64,000 nt of DNA from an uncultured Alphaproteobacteria bacterium (GTDB lineage: Bacteria; Pseudomonadota; Alphaproteobacteria; Micropepsales; Micropepsaceae). Shown one piece after another: positions 1-9,743 of this stretch; the first letter of the stretch is position 1; each line of letters begins with the position of its first letter. Below the pieces are notes generated by a model that had not been told where the DNA came from, made no database searches, and worked only from the letters and a program-made list of their open reading frames with translations. The position numbers and the translations under genes were made by a program. Location: contig CAWKIU010000003.1 in the NCBI GenBank assembly GCA_963849895.1, positions 206,114-270,113 of the forward strand. Direction: 5' to 3'.

Positions 1-204
1 GCCGACGGCTACGATGCGGTATTGGCCGGGTTGGATCATTTGGACGTACGCCCAGATGATCAGGTACTCGCCGGAGAGCCCGTCGGTACGATGTCGAAGT
101 CAAGCCAGCAACCGCGGCTCTATTTCGAACTTCGGCAGAATGGACGGGCAATGAATCCGGCGCCCTTTATCACGGTCGCGTTGAGGAAGGCAAAAAGAAC
201 ATGA
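1..204 (+). CDS. M23 family metallopeptidase / murein hydrolase activator, C-terminal end (5' part outside window)
   Basis: Frame open from nt 1. The tail ...LAGEPVGTMS...PRLYFELRQNGRAMNPAPF resembles the C-terminus of LytM/M23 domains. Stop overlaps the ctpA start (ATGA, 201-204). The order M23-ctpA-yibQ-rppH is common in Alphaproteobacteria. Confidence 0.6.
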   Translation, partial: ADGYDAVLAGLDHLDVRPDDQVLAGEPVGTMSKSSQQPRLYFELRQNGRAMNPAPFITVALRKAKRT

Positions 205-1508
205 AACGCCTCGCTTTTGTCGCTTTAGGCATGGTCATCGGATTTGTTGCCGCGTTTGGGCTTTTGCCCTCGGCACTGGGCGCCAACAACGCGGGGACCT
301 ACGGCCAGCTCAGCCTCTTCAGCGAAGCATTTGAGCGCGTCCGCGCCAATTATGTGCGTCCCGTCCAGGACAGCGAACTGATCGATGCAGCGATTGAGGG
401 GATGGTTTCTCACCTCGATCCGCACTCAAGCTATATGGACACGAAAAGCTTCGCCGATATGCAGATTCAGACCAAAGGCGAATTCGGCGGCGTCGGTATC
501 GAAGTGACGATGGAGGACGGCCTGATCAAGGTCATCTCGCCGATCGACGATACCCCAGCCGCCAAGGCCGGCCTGAAGCCGGGCGACTTCATTGCCGCGA
601 TCGACGGCGGCGCAATTCAAGGTTTGGCGCTCAATGATGCCATAGACAAGATGCGAGGTCCCGCCGGAACAAAGGTGACCCTCACAATCCTGCGCAATGG
701 CGACAAGAAGCCGTTCGACGTCACGCTGATGCGGGCCGTCATTCATGTCGACAGTGTCAAATGGCATCGTGAGGGCGACATCGGCTATATCCGATTGACG
801 GCGTTCAACGAGCAAACGGCCGACGGGCTGGAGCACGCGGTGCGCGATCTCAAGAAGCAAATCGGCCCGTCATTGAAGGGTTATGTGCTAGATTTGCGCA
901 ACAATCCTGGCGGATTGCTCGATCAAGCGATCGAGGTGTCGGACGACTTTCTGAATTCGGGCGAGATTGTTTCCACGCGTGGCCGCCATCCTGACGATAC
1001 GCAGCGCTACGATGCCAAGCCCGGTGACATTACCGATGGAAAGCGGGTGGTGGTGCTGATCAACGGCGGCACCGCTTCGGCCGCCGAAATTGTGGCGGGC
1101 GCCTTGCAGGACTGGAAACGGGCCACGCTGATCGGTATGACTTCGTTCGGCAAGGGATCGGTTCAGACCATCATTCCTCTTGGCGAGGGCGGCGGTGCGC
1201 TACGGCTCACCACTGCGCGCTACTACACACCATCGGGCCGCTCGATCCAGGCCGAAGGCATCACGCCCACAATCGCGGTCGCGCAAGGCTCCGAGGAAGA
1301 CGTGCCGAAGGTCGAACGACCCAGCGAGGCCGATCTTCCAGGGCACCTTGCGCCTGAAGCGGCCGCGGCAAAGGCGAAAAAGCTAGCCGAGAGCGTGATC
1401 CGTCCGGCTGCTGGCAAGAAATACGATGATTTCCAGCTCGCCTACGCTCTAGACGTGTTGCGTGGCAAAATGACAGTCGCGACGGCCAAGAGCGCCGCCG
1501 CTCGTTAA
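201..1508 (+). CDS. ctpA: carboxy-terminal processing protease (S41 family)
   Basis: 435 aa with an N-terminal TM/signal. PDZ segment GLIKVISPIDDTPAAKAGLKPGDFI. S41 motifs DLRNNPGGLL, GGTASAAEIVAGAL, SFGKGSVQT. Confidence 0.9.
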   Translation: MKRLAFVALGMVIGFVAAFGLLPSALGANNAGTYGQLSLFSEAFERVRANYVRPVQDSELIDAAIEGMVSHLDPHSSYMDTKSFADMQIQTKGEFGGVGIEVTMEDGLIKVISPIDDTPAAKAGLKPGDFIAAIDGGAIQGLALNDAIDKMRGPAGTKVTLTILRNGDKKPFDVTLMRAVIHVDSVKWHREGDIGYIRLTAFNEQTADGLEHAVRDLKKQIGPSLKGYVLDLRNNPGGLLDQAIEVSDDFLNSGEIVSTRGRHPDDTQRYDAKPGDITDGKRVVVLINGGTASAAEIVAGALQDWKRATLIGMTSFGKGSVQTIIPLGEGGGALRLTTARYYTPSGRSIQAEGITPTIAVAQGSEEDVPKVERPSEADLPGHLAPEAAAAKAKKLAESVIRPAAGKKYDDFQLAYALDVLRGKMTVATAKSAAAR

Positions 1509-1544
1509 CCTGGGCGTAACCATGATCATCCTTAGCTTGCGGTC

Positions 1545-2669
1545 ATGGTCGTAAGCGGCATTATCGGGGACGAATCCCCGCACGGGGGTGCACGCCGCGG
1601 GCTGCGCCTGCTGGCGTTGGCGTATGTCTTTGTCTTTGCCGCATTGATTGTGCTGGGCGCTACCGTTGCATTTCTGGGCAATCCGCACGCAGGTGGACCA
1701 GTCGTTCGGCTCGATGTAGCGCTTATGCATCCGGCGCGCGCCGCCGTGGTTCATATTCCGCCACCGGCGGCGTCTGCGTCCGCTACTGCCACCGCCTCGG
1801 ACAATGCGGCAGCGCTGCCCGACACCGGGAGCGCGCCCACGGCACCGGAACCTGTCCCTGTCCCGGCAGGGCACGCGCTGGTTCTCGATCCGGCGTTGAT
1901 CGAAAAAACACCGCAAGGCTCGTTGCCGCGCATTGCCGACGATGGCACAACGCCCATGCGTGCATATGCAGCGCCCGCAATTTCTGCCGGCAAACCACGC
2001 ATTGCCATCGTTATCAGCGGCCTCGGCATTAGTGCCAAGGCTACGCAAATGGCATTGGACAAGTTGCCTGCGGGGGTCACGGTCGCCTTTGCGCCTTATG
2101 CCGCGGATGTGCAGCGCTGGGTGACAAACGCGCGCCAACGGGGACACGAAGTGCTCCTCGAAGTACCCATGGAACCTTATGATTTCCCAGACAGCGACCC
2201 GGGTCAGTACACTCTTCGCGCCGGTCAGGGCGAGGAGGCCAACACCCAAAGGCTAGTTTGGGCTTTAACGCGGTTTACGGGCTATACCGGCGTCACCAAC
2301 CTTCTGGGTGGGCGGCTGCTATCAGATCCAGGCGCGCTTGAACCCGTTTTGACCTATCTGACCCGGCGCGGCCTGCTGTTTTACGACAACGGCTCGGCTG
2401 TGCATTCAGTGGCGCCCGATGTCGCGATCCGCGTCGGCGCTCCTTTTGCGCAGGCCAACGAGACGATCGATTCGATCCAGGCGGCGATGGAAATCGACCA
2501 CCATCTTTCCGACCTCGAAACCGTGGCACGCGCCAAGGGCAGCGCCTCCGGATCTGGCTTTCTTTATCCCATCACGATCGAGCGCGTGAATGCCTGGGCC
2601 AAAGGGCTCCAGGGAAGAGGGTTTGTCCTGGTGCCCGTTTCGGCCATAGTGTCCCAGTCCAAACAGTAG
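1545..2669 (+). CDS. divergent polysaccharide deacetylase family protein (YibQ-like)
   Basis: 374 aa, N-terminal TM, Ala/Pro-rich linker. Then IAIVISGLGIS...LPAGVTVAFAPY...GHEVLLEVPMEP, typical of the YibQ/DUF610 family. Start codon not certain. Confidence 0.8.
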   Translation: MVVSGIIGDESPHGGARRGLRLLALAYVFVFAALIVLGATVAFLGNPHAGGPVVRLDVALMHPARAAVVHIPPPAASASATATASDNAAALPDTGSAPTAPEPVPVPAGHALVLDPALIEKTPQGSLPRIADDGTTPMRAYAAPAISAGKPRIAIVISGLGISAKATQMALDKLPAGVTVAFAPYAADVQRWVTNARQRGHEVLLEVPMEPYDFPDSDPGQYTLRAGQGEEANTQRLVWALTRFTGYTGVTNLLGGRLLSDPGALEPVLTYLTRRGLLFYDNGSAVHSVAPDVAIRVGAPFAQANETIDSIQAAMEIDHHLSDLETVARAKGSASGSGFLYPITIERVNAWAKGLQGRGFVLVPVSAIVSQSKQ

Positions 2670-2677
2670 TTACCGCA

Positions 2678-3181
2678 ATGCCGCGATCAGCGCACGACCT
2701 AAAGCACGGCGATCTGCCTTATCGGCCTTGCGTCGGCATCATGCTGATCAATCATGATGGTCTGGTCTTTGTCGGCCGGCGGATCGATCAAACCGTCGAA
2801 GCCTGGCAAATGCCGCAGGGCGGAATGGATGAGGGCGAAACACCGCTCGAAGCAGGCCTGCGCGAGATGAAAGAAGAGATCGGCACGAACAAGGCCGTTC
2901 TTCTGCGCGAATTGGACGAATGGCTCTGCTACGATCTTCCCACGCACCTTCTGGGTGTTGCACTGCACGGCCGCTATCGCGGACAAAGGCAGAAATGGCT
3001 GGCGCTGCGCTTTACCGGCAAAGACCGTGATATCGACATCAAGACACAGGAACCGGAATTCGCGGAATGGAAATGGGCAACGGTGGATGAGCTCGCGCAG
3101 ATCATCGTGCCGTTCAAGCGTAAGATATACACCAAGGTCACCTCAGCCTTTCGCGATCTTGCGATTCCCGTCACGCCTTGA
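2678..3181 (+). CDS. rppH: RNA pyrophosphohydrolase (Nudix)
   Basis: 167 aa with Nudix box GGMDEGETPLEAGLREMKEEIG and a YRPCVGIMLIN N-terminus typical of RppH. Confidence 0.9.
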   Translation: MPRSAHDLKHGDLPYRPCVGIMLINHDGLVFVGRRIDQTVEAWQMPQGGMDEGETPLEAGLREMKEEIGTNKAVLLRELDEWLCYDLPTHLLGVALHGRYRGQRQKWLALRFTGKDRDIDIKTQEPEFAEWKWATVDELAQIIVPFKRKIYTKVTSAFRDLAIPVTP

Positions 3182-3282
3182 GTTGTTCTCACCCACCACC
3201 GTAGCGATCCACCGCGCTCTATGCGGCAGTAGGGCGTTTCATAACTTTATGAATTTCCAACCCGAGACAACTCGTGCCGCCG

Positions 3283-6200
3283 TCAATCGGAAGCTATTTG
3301 ACGGCTCTGCAGATCCTTCATGAAGGCATGCAATGTGTCGATGGAGGCGACCTTGGCGGCCGCATCGCGAAATGCCACGCCGTGCATATCAATGCGCTGC
3401 GTAATGACTGCAAAGGCGCTGGCGTCCGTGCTTGCTTTCATCTTGGCAGCGAAATGGTCGCGAATCCGCTCCAAACTTGTCTCGTCATTGGCAAGCGAAT
3501 AGGCGACGGCGGCGCGCATCGCCGCCTGACGCTCATCGGCCGTAAGCGCCGTGGCATCGCTCCAGCGCGTGCCGAGCGATGCCTCGGCCTCCTGCGCGGC
3601 GACCGCCCAATTGCAGCTCTGCCAATAGATGTCGGATCGCAGACGCACTGTATCGGGCGCCTGGTCAACGGCGATGAGATCGATCGCCTCATTCCACTGC
3701 TTTTCGTCAGCCAGCGCGCGCGCCTCTAAGAGCAGGCGCTGGTGATTGATGTCATCGGGAAGCGTCGAGATTCGTGTCGAACGCAAGGTTTCGATAGCCG
3801 CTTGCGGTTTGTGATCCATGAGCTGAACCATCGCAAGCCTCGCGGCAACCTGAGCCCGCGCAACGCCGTCTAGCCGTTTGGTTACTTGATAGTTGAGCAA
3901 GTCGGCTGCTGGCCCCAGAAGGTCGACCGCAACCAGGCGGTCGGCCATGCGCCGGATCATTTCGTCACCGTCAGGTCCAATCGGCGTCAATTCGATAAAG
4001 TCATAGAAGAGCGCCAGGGCTTCGACGGGGGGCATGGTGTCGGCTTTGCCCTTTAGATAGAGCTCGACAAAGGCCGCGCGCATGTCGTCCTGCGCCTTAC
4101 CCGCCAAGTCTTCATTGGGGAAGTACTGCGATGCAACGCGCAGGGTCTGCAGGCCTTCGCGCCAATGTTTCTGCGCAAAATAAAGCGAGGCGAGCTTGCG
4201 CAGCGTCTTCAGCTCCAGCGTATCCCCGCGCCAGCGAAAGCGCAGTCGTTCCAAGGCATTGATGCCGGTTGACGCTGACATCGTACCGGCAGCGAGCGAA
4301 GCGCTTACGCGATAGTAAATCGCCTCGGCGGCCAGCTGGTCGTTTCCGCTCGTCTCTACCGCCGCGAACAGAGCGTTGGCTTCATGTTGTCTGTTCTCGG
4401 CGGCATAGAGCCGGGCATGGGCCAGTTCGGCCCAAAGCGTTAGCGGTTGCTCCATCTGATGAGGTAGGCGCGCCAGCTGGGCGTCGGCGATCTCCAGACG
4501 CCCAAGCCCCAATGCCGCGACCGCATTGGCGATGCGTACGCGCGCCTGCATATCGGTCGTGTAGCGGCCAAGAACCGGGTCGGCGCGGTCCAGATCAGAA
4601 TGGGCATTCCCCCAATCCTCAAGCGCCGCTTCAATCAAGCCGCGCCACAACGCGGCATGTCGATCAGCATCAAACTGGGTGCCGGCTATGGCATTGTGTG
4701 CGTCGCGAGTGCGTCCCATCATGTAATCGGCTGCCGCTCTCATGGTCTGCAGCTGCATGTCACTCTGCAAGGCGGGATCTGTCGCCTGTATCAGGTTGAT
4801 CAAGCCGAGCGCTTCTGCTGCGAAGCTATTGGCGATATAGAAGCGAGCCAAATTCAAACGGGCGAGATCGGCGTCCACACTTTTCAATCTTGCCGTCGCA
4901 TCTCGCAATCGGCGCTCGGTCGCCAGAAAACTGCCCCCCGAAATCCTGCTCCAACGGGCGAAATCGAGGAAGCACGGGCTGCCATCGCCGCGCCCAGATG
5001 TGCCAGAAGAAGCAAACACGGGCATGGTCGGTGCGGTCAAAGAGAGCCCGCCAGAGCGTGTAATCGTAACGCGCGTTTTGTCGATATCGACGGACAAGTC
5101 GTCGACGAACGGCAACAGCACCATGCCGGACGCGGATTGCAGCGCCGTGAATTCCACGTAACTACGTTCATTCGCTATGTCTCGGCCGGCGGCACCGGGA
5201 ATCACGATCATCTCATCGCCTGCGACGGGATCGACAAGCACGACCTTCTGTTTCGCGCCTGGTAACAACGTCGACAGCGAAGCATGCGTAGGATCGTCTT
5301 GATTGCGCGAAAAGCCTATTGAGATGGCAGGAGAATTCACTTGCGGTGCGATGATGACCTTCAGGTCGGAACCTTCAGCAATGGCCGCGATCTGTTCTGG
5401 CTGCTTAAGCGTAATACGCAGTGTCGCGACGCCATCGCTGGAGGCCGCGTCGACCGCGTCAGGAAAATTCCCAAGTTGGCCTTTGAGCTTTGCGGCATCC
5501 AATGGCGCAGCACCCTCCAAAACAATCCACGCTGTCAATCCGCGCATGAAGACGGCCGACCCATGCCTGCCGGCGCCCGGAAAAATCAAGACAGCACCAT
5601 CGCGGGTGAGTTTGCCGTCTGACGCCTGTGTGTCGGGTGATGGAGGGGCGGCGGCTGTCGTTTGGGTGCCAGACGCCTGCGCGCCCGAAGCGGTTGTCGA
5701 AGGAGCCGTTTCAGATTGCGCTGTTTGCTGCGGCTTGGGGTCGACTGGTGCCGGCTTAGTTGAGGAATTGTGCGGTGCATTCAACTTGGCGGCCGCGTCC
5801 GCAATAGCCTTGGCTTGCGCCATCGTGACAGCGTCGGCTCCTTTACCAGATAACTGCGAGGCAAGTTTCGTCACGGCCGGTTTTGCGACGCCTGGAGGAT
5901 TATAAGCGTCGGCATCCGTTTTCGGTGCCAGAACATCTATGACAATGTGTGTTCCGTCACGAAAATCATGGAAGCCGGAATCGGCATCGGTATCGAGTTC
6001 GACGATCGTTCCCTTATTCTCAATGTGCCAGCCGGCGGTCTTCACCCATGGCGGTGCCTCGCGCTGGATTGCGGTAAAATCCGGCTTCACTTCGGCCTCG
6101 AAGCGAATGGTCAATTTTCCGGCCCCAGGAAAAACGGCATAGGGGACGCTGCGCGGCCAGTCGAACACGATGCGGGTAAAATTGCGATATGCGCCCGAGC

Positions 6201-6705
6201 GCACCTTCAGCGGCGCGAGCTGTGAAACATCGACGGCTTTGGCCGGTGGCGGCGGCGGCGGCGGCGGCAGATCTGGCAGCAAACCCGCATAACTTGCTGG
6301 CGCCAGATCGACCGCGATCTTGTTGGACGATGAACTTGTGTGAATGCGAACCGGCTGGGCCAACGCGAAGCGGTAAGTTCTACCGTCCGCATCGGCGCGC
6401 GCGCTGGCGACATAGGCTGGCAGGGATTGAGCGATGGCAGACGGCGTGATCACGATTTTGCGATCAAAGGAAATCTCAAGTATGGCGCCCGTAAGATGCG
6501 CCTCAATATGAGCCGCCGGCTGCAGCGAGAAAAGCAGCCGAGCATATCCGCTCGCCGTTGTCGCCGTGAACGCATCTCCTGCAGCCGCTGCGTGCGAAAC
6601 GAACAGGCACGTGAGCGCAAGCGCTCCCGCGGCGCGGAAATTATGGGTCGTTCGCACAATCGAAGGCATCGTTGAAAGACCTTGCTCTCGCCCCTTTTCG
6701 GGCAC
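3283..6705 (-). CDS. large secreted AMIN-like + TPR repeat protein in the flagellar locus
   Basis: 1140-aa uninterrupted ORF with a signal peptide (ALALTCLFVSHAAAAG). Two AMIN-like segments (YARLLFSL...EISFDRKI; TRIVFDWPRSVPYAVF..LTIRFE). Pro8 tract, Ser/Thr/Pro/Ala linker, then a long helical TPR-like C-terminal half. Last gene of the fliL-fliM-...- string. Confidence 0.75.
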   Translation of the reverse strand: MPEKGREQGLSTMPSIVRTTHNFRAAGALALTCLFVSHAAAAGDAFTATTASGYARLLFSLQPAAHIEAHLTGAILEISFDRKIVITPSAIAQSLPAYVASARADADGRTYRFALAQPVRIHTSSSSNKIAVDLAPASYAGLLPDLPPPPPPPPAKAVDVSQLAPLKVRSGAYRNFTRIVFDWPRSVPYAVFPGAGKLTIRFEAEVKPDFTAIQREAPPWVKTAGWHIENKGTIVELDTDADSGFHDFRDGTHIVIDVLAPKTDADAYNPPGVAKPAVTKLASQLSGKGADAVTMAQAKAIADAAAKLNAPHNSSTKPAPVDPKPQQTAQSETAPSTTASGAQASGTQTTAAAPPSPDTQASDGKLTRDGAVLIFPGAGRHGSAVFMRGLTAWIVLEGAAPLDAAKLKGQLGNFPDAVDAASSDGVATLRITLKQPEQIAAIAEGSDLKVIIAPQVNSPAISIGFSRNQDDPTHASLSTLLPGAKQKVVLVDPVAGDEMIVIPGAAGRDIANERSYVEFTALQSASGMVLLPFVDDLSVDIDKTRVTITRSGGLSLTAPTMPVFASSGTSGRGDGSPCFLDFARWSRISGGSFLATERRLRDATARLKSVDADLARLNLARFYIANSFAAEALGLINLIQATDPALQSDMQLQTMRAAADYMMGRTRDAHNAIAGTQFDADRHAALWRGLIEAALEDWGNAHSDLDRADPVLGRYTTDMQARVRIANAVAALGLGRLEIADAQLARLPHQMEQPLTLWAELAHARLYAAENRQHEANALFAAVETSGNDQLAAEAIYYRVSASLAAGTMSASTGINALERLRFRWRGDTLELKTLRKLASLYFAQKHWREGLQTLRVASQYFPNEDLAGKAQDDMRAAFVELYLKGKADTMPPVEALALFYDFIELTPIGPDGDEMIRRMADRLVAVDLLGPAADLLNYQVTKRLDGVARAQVAARLAMVQLMDHKPQAAIETLRSTRISTLPDDINHQRLLLEARALADEKQWNEAIDLIAVDQAPDTVRLRSDIYWQSCNWAVAAQEAEASLGTRWSDATALTADERQAAMRAAVAYSLANDETSLERIRDHFAAKMKASTDASAFAVITQRIDMHGVAFRDAAAKVASIDTLHAFMKDLQSRQIASD

Positions 6706-6721
6706 GCCTGTTTAACCTGCT

Positions 6722-7447
6722 CTAGCCGTGGCTCCCCGCCGCGCCGGTCTGCGGGGATTGCTGCTGCGGCGCCGCCGCAGCCTGTCCTGGGGCCGGTTGT
6801 GTCGCCGCCGCTACGGGTGGAGGCGCAACACTCGGCGCCGCCATCTCCGGCAGCTTTAGGCGGTTTGCGAGATTCACCGTCAGCTTTTGGGCCGCGTCCG
6901 CATTCATGCTCGCGAGAATCGACGCCAGTACGTCCGATTTCATGGCCTGCGCCACGGGAATCAAAACATCGTCGGAAAGGCTGTTGAAGATGCGCGCGGC
7001 GTCCTTTGGCTTCATGGCCGAATATGTCTTCACCAGCGAAGCCATTTGCTTGGTTTGTTCGGCGTCGCGCTGCCCCAAGAGCGATGATATCTCATCCTGC
7101 AACTGCTTGAGCGTCGCAATCTTGCCATCGACGCGGTTTTCGGCGGCGGCAAGTACATTGGTGCGCATGGCGAGATCGGCTTCGCGCGCATCAAGTTCTG
7201 CGCGGCGTTTCGACAGGCTTGTGAGTACATCCACTTCCGCGGCGCTTGATGTTTCGCCGTCATCCTCCACGACATCCTTGGGTGCGGGCGCGGTATCTTG
7301 CGCCAGGGCAGCTTCGCCACCCTTCGGGCTTGCTTGTTCCTGCGCCCAGGCGGCGCGCACTAAGCCTTCGCCTCGAAGGCCAAGCAAAATGCCGCCAACC
7401 GCGATAACGGCAGGTAGCAACCGAATATGTCTCAGTATGGGATTCAT
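6722..7447 (-). CDS. MotE-family / MgtE-N-like flagellar motility protein
   Basis: 241 aa, N-terminal TM, coiled coil. C-terminal KTYSAMKPKDAARIFNSLSDDVLIPVAQAMKSDVLASILASMNADAAQKLT resembles the MgtE-N/FliG-like repeat of MotE family proteins. Start overlaps the upstream gene stop by 4 nt. Confidence 0.65.
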   Translation of the reverse strand: MNPILRHIRLLPAVIAVGGILLGLRGEGLVRAAWAQEQASPKGGEAALAQDTAPAPKDVVEDDGETSSAAEVDVLTSLSKRRAELDAREADLAMRTNVLAAAENRVDGKIATLKQLQDEISSLLGQRDAEQTKQMASLVKTYSAMKPKDAARIFNSLSDDVLIPVAQAMKSDVLASILASMNADAAQKLTVNLANRLKLPEMAAPSVAPPPVAAATQPAPGQAAAAPQQQSPQTGAAGSHG

Positions 7448-7836
7448 CTTACGGCCTTCAGAGCATCGAGACGGTGCATCACGCTGCCAGAAGGCAGCGG
7501 CGCGGTGTTCCGCGCGGAAATTGGCGTAACCGCGCGATCGAAGCGCTCGGCAATGCGTTCGCCCGAAGTGGTCAGCAGCGACAGTTCGTCGGCCAAGGCG
7601 CGGGCCCGTTTGAGACGGTCGTCCAAAGTGTCCGCAGCGCCAGAAGCGGCTGCCTTCAGGGCACGCAAGGAAGCGCCGGCCCCCGCAATCGCCGCATTAA
7701 GGTTTCCGATCATGGTTCGCAGGCCTTCTTGACCCTTGCGAACCGCCGCCAACCGTCTTTCCAAAACAATGCAGTAGACAAGCGTCGCCGCCAGAAGACC
7801 GGTCAGGGCCATTTCGAGTGCGAATGCGAGTGTCAT
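7444..7836 (-). CDS. small membrane-anchored coiled-coil protein (DUF6468-like), flagellar locus
   Basis: 130 aa with an N-terminal TM (LTGLLAATLVYCIVL) followed by an Ala-rich helix. Coupled to fliM upstream and motE-like downstream. Function inferred only from context. Confidence 0.55.
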   Translation of the reverse strand: MTLAFALEMALTGLLAATLVYCIVLERRLAAVRKGQEGLRTMIGNLNAAIAGAGASLRALKAAASGAADTLDDRLKRARALADELSLLTTSGERIAERFDRAVTPISARNTAPLPSGSVMHRLDALKAVR

Positions 7837-7848
7837 TGTCTTTTCCCC

Positions 7849-8943
7849 TCAAAGTGCTCGTGATGCGTCGGTGCGCTCGATGGCTTCTTCGACGCGCACG
7901 GCGACGGCCGACCCGGCCCGCCCCATGCGACCGCGCAGGAGCGGCACGCCACGGCAGCGCAGCTCGATCTTGGAGTCGGGATTGGCATTGAGCATCACGG
8001 TCTGGCCGACTTCCAGGTTCATGATCTTGTTAAGCGGCATGATCTGTTCGTCCAGGATCGCATCGATGTCGACCTTGGTGGACCACAGCTCGGTGGCCAA
8101 GTGGCTCTCCCAAATGGAATCGCGCCCAAACTTCTCGCCCATGAATTGTTGCAGAAGGAGCTTGCGAATGGGCTCGAGAGTCGCATAGGGCAAGAGAAGT
8201 TCCGTGCGACCGCCACGGTCTTCCATATCGATTCGCAGTTTGACCAGAATCGCGGCGTTCGCAGGGCGCGCTATTGCGGCAAAACGCGGGTTCGTCTCCA
8301 GCCGATCGAGTTGGAAATTGACCGGTGCCAGCGGCTCGAACGCCTGACACATGTCCTGAAGGATCACTTCGATCATGCGCTGAACAAGCGTGCGTTCGAT
8401 GGTGGTATAGGGCCTGCCCTCGATGCGCATGGCGGAAGAACCGCGCCGGCCACCCAGGAGAACGTCTACGATGGAGTAGATCAGGTTGGAATCCACCGTG
8501 AACAGGCCGTAATTGTCCAATTGCTCGGCGTGAAATACCGCCAAAATCGCTGGCAGCGGGATCGAGTTGAGGTAATCGCCGAACCGGATGGAGGTGATGT
8601 TGTCCAAGCTCACCTCAACATTGTCCGACGTAAAATTGCGCAAACTCGTCGTCATCAACCGCACCAGCCGGTCGAAGACGATTTCGAGCATCGGCAGCCG
8701 CTCATAGGACACGAGCGCCGAATTGATAATGGCTCGGACGCCGGATTTATCTTGCAACTGGTCGTTGTTGACGTCGAAGCCAAGAAGTGAGTCGATTTCG
8801 TCCTGATTCAAAATGCGCTCGGCGGCTCCGCCGACACCTTTTGCGTTTGCTTCATCGCCGGATGCGTCTATTGCCTCCGCGGTTGGTGCCTCAACCGCAG
8901 GCTGGTCGGCGGCGGGTTCGATATTATTGGGTTCGTCGGCCAT
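7849..8943 (-). CDS. fliM: flagellar motor switch protein FliM
   Basis: 364 aa. N-terminal LNQDEIDSLLGF (CheY-P binding-type motif), FliM middle domain, C-terminal SpoA-like LNLEVGQTVMLN...IELRCRGVPLLRGRMG. Confidence 0.9.
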   Translation of the reverse strand: MADEPNNIEPAADQPAVEAPTAEAIDASGDEANAKGVGGAAERILNQDEIDSLLGFDVNNDQLQDKSGVRAIINSALVSYERLPMLEIVFDRLVRLMTTSLRNFTSDNVEVSLDNITSIRFGDYLNSIPLPAILAVFHAEQLDNYGLFTVDSNLIYSIVDVLLGGRRGSSAMRIEGRPYTTIERTLVQRMIEVILQDMCQAFEPLAPVNFQLDRLETNPRFAAIARPANAAILVKLRIDMEDRGGRTELLLPYATLEPIRKLLLQQFMGEKFGRDSIWESHLATELWSTKVDIDAILDEQIMPLNKIMNLEVGQTVMLNANPDSKIELRCRGVPLLRGRMGRAGSAVAVRVEEAIERTDASRAL

Positions 8944-8959
8944 CTGTTTTTTCGCAATC

Positions 8960-9523
8960 CTATTGAACGATCATTTCTTTGAGGAGAACGTCCCGGACGC
9001 GGTAGGGCGCGGCGGCGACGTTGATCCGGCGCAACAATTCTTCCTTCAGCCGCACGACACCGGCCGAACCTTTGATATCGTCGACGCGCAATTCGCGCAG
9101 ATATCCCTGAAACTGATCGACGATGCGCGGCATCAATGCCTGCAATCCCACCTTTTCGTCGGCGGTATCGAGTTCCAACGCCACGGAAAGCTTGAGGTAG
9201 GCCGGCGTGCCGTCGGCGGTCTGGATGTTCACGATCAGATCGGGCACGTCGTAATAAGCAACCTGAGGCGGTGTAATCGGCAGAGCGGGGGCACTGGCCA
9301 TCTTGGACTGTTCGCTGTTCGTGGAGCCGCTGAAGACGAAGAAATAGAGACCGGCGCCAACAGCGAGCAGCAAAACCAGCGCGCCGCCACCCGCAATCAT
9401 CAGGAGCTTCTTGTTGCCAAGGAGTTTCTTAACAAAACCTTGCTTGGGCGCTGCTTCCTGCCCGTCGTTTGCCCCGTCGCCCGCGTCATCGACATCGGGC
9501 GCCTGCTTTTCCTTGCTCGCCAT
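8960..9523 (-). CDS. fliL: flagellar basal body-associated protein FliL
   Basis: 187 aa, single TM (LLMIAGGGALVLLLAVGAGLYFFVF). C-terminal YLKLSVALEL...LMPRIVDQFQGYLRELRVDD typical of FliL. Directly upstream of fliM. Confidence 0.85.
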   Translation of the reverse strand: MASKEKQAPDVDDAGDGANDGQEAAPKQGFVKKLLGNKKLLMIAGGGALVLLLAVGAGLYFFVFSGSTNSEQSKMASAPALPITPPQVAYYDVPDLIVNIQTADGTPAYLKLSVALELDTADEKVGLQALMPRIVDQFQGYLRELRVDDIKGSAGVVRLKEELLRRINVAAAPYRVRDVLLKEMIVQ

Positions 9524-9687
9524 CGCCGTCTACCCCGAAAAACCTTCAGCGACGTTATGCCGACGTGGTTAAGGACTGGTTCAAATTTTGCCGCCAATTG
9601 CAGGCAAGACCAGGCTTCGCTCGGCAAGCTTTGCCGCCACCAGCCCGTCAACCCGCGTAAAGGCTGCAAATTGGCCGCGACTGCGCA

Positions 9688-9703
9688 TGGCATGCCCCCT
9701 GCA
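9688..9703 (+). promoter_or_regulatory. candidate sigma-54 (-24/-12) promoter for flgFGAH
   Basis: TGGCATgccccCTGCA against consensus TGGCAC-N5-TTGCA (GG and GC correctly spaced). Lies 41 nt upstream of the flgF ATG at 9744. Confidence 0.4.
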
Positions 9704-9743
9704 CCATGTGGGCCTGGCGAGGACCAGAAAGGATCCGTGCCCC

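Noticed and set aside
9588-9743. Upstream start for flgF
   Set aside because: The extra 52 residues are Arg/Ala-rich and non-homologous, and they would cover the candidate promoter. The conserved rod-protein N-terminus starts at 9744.
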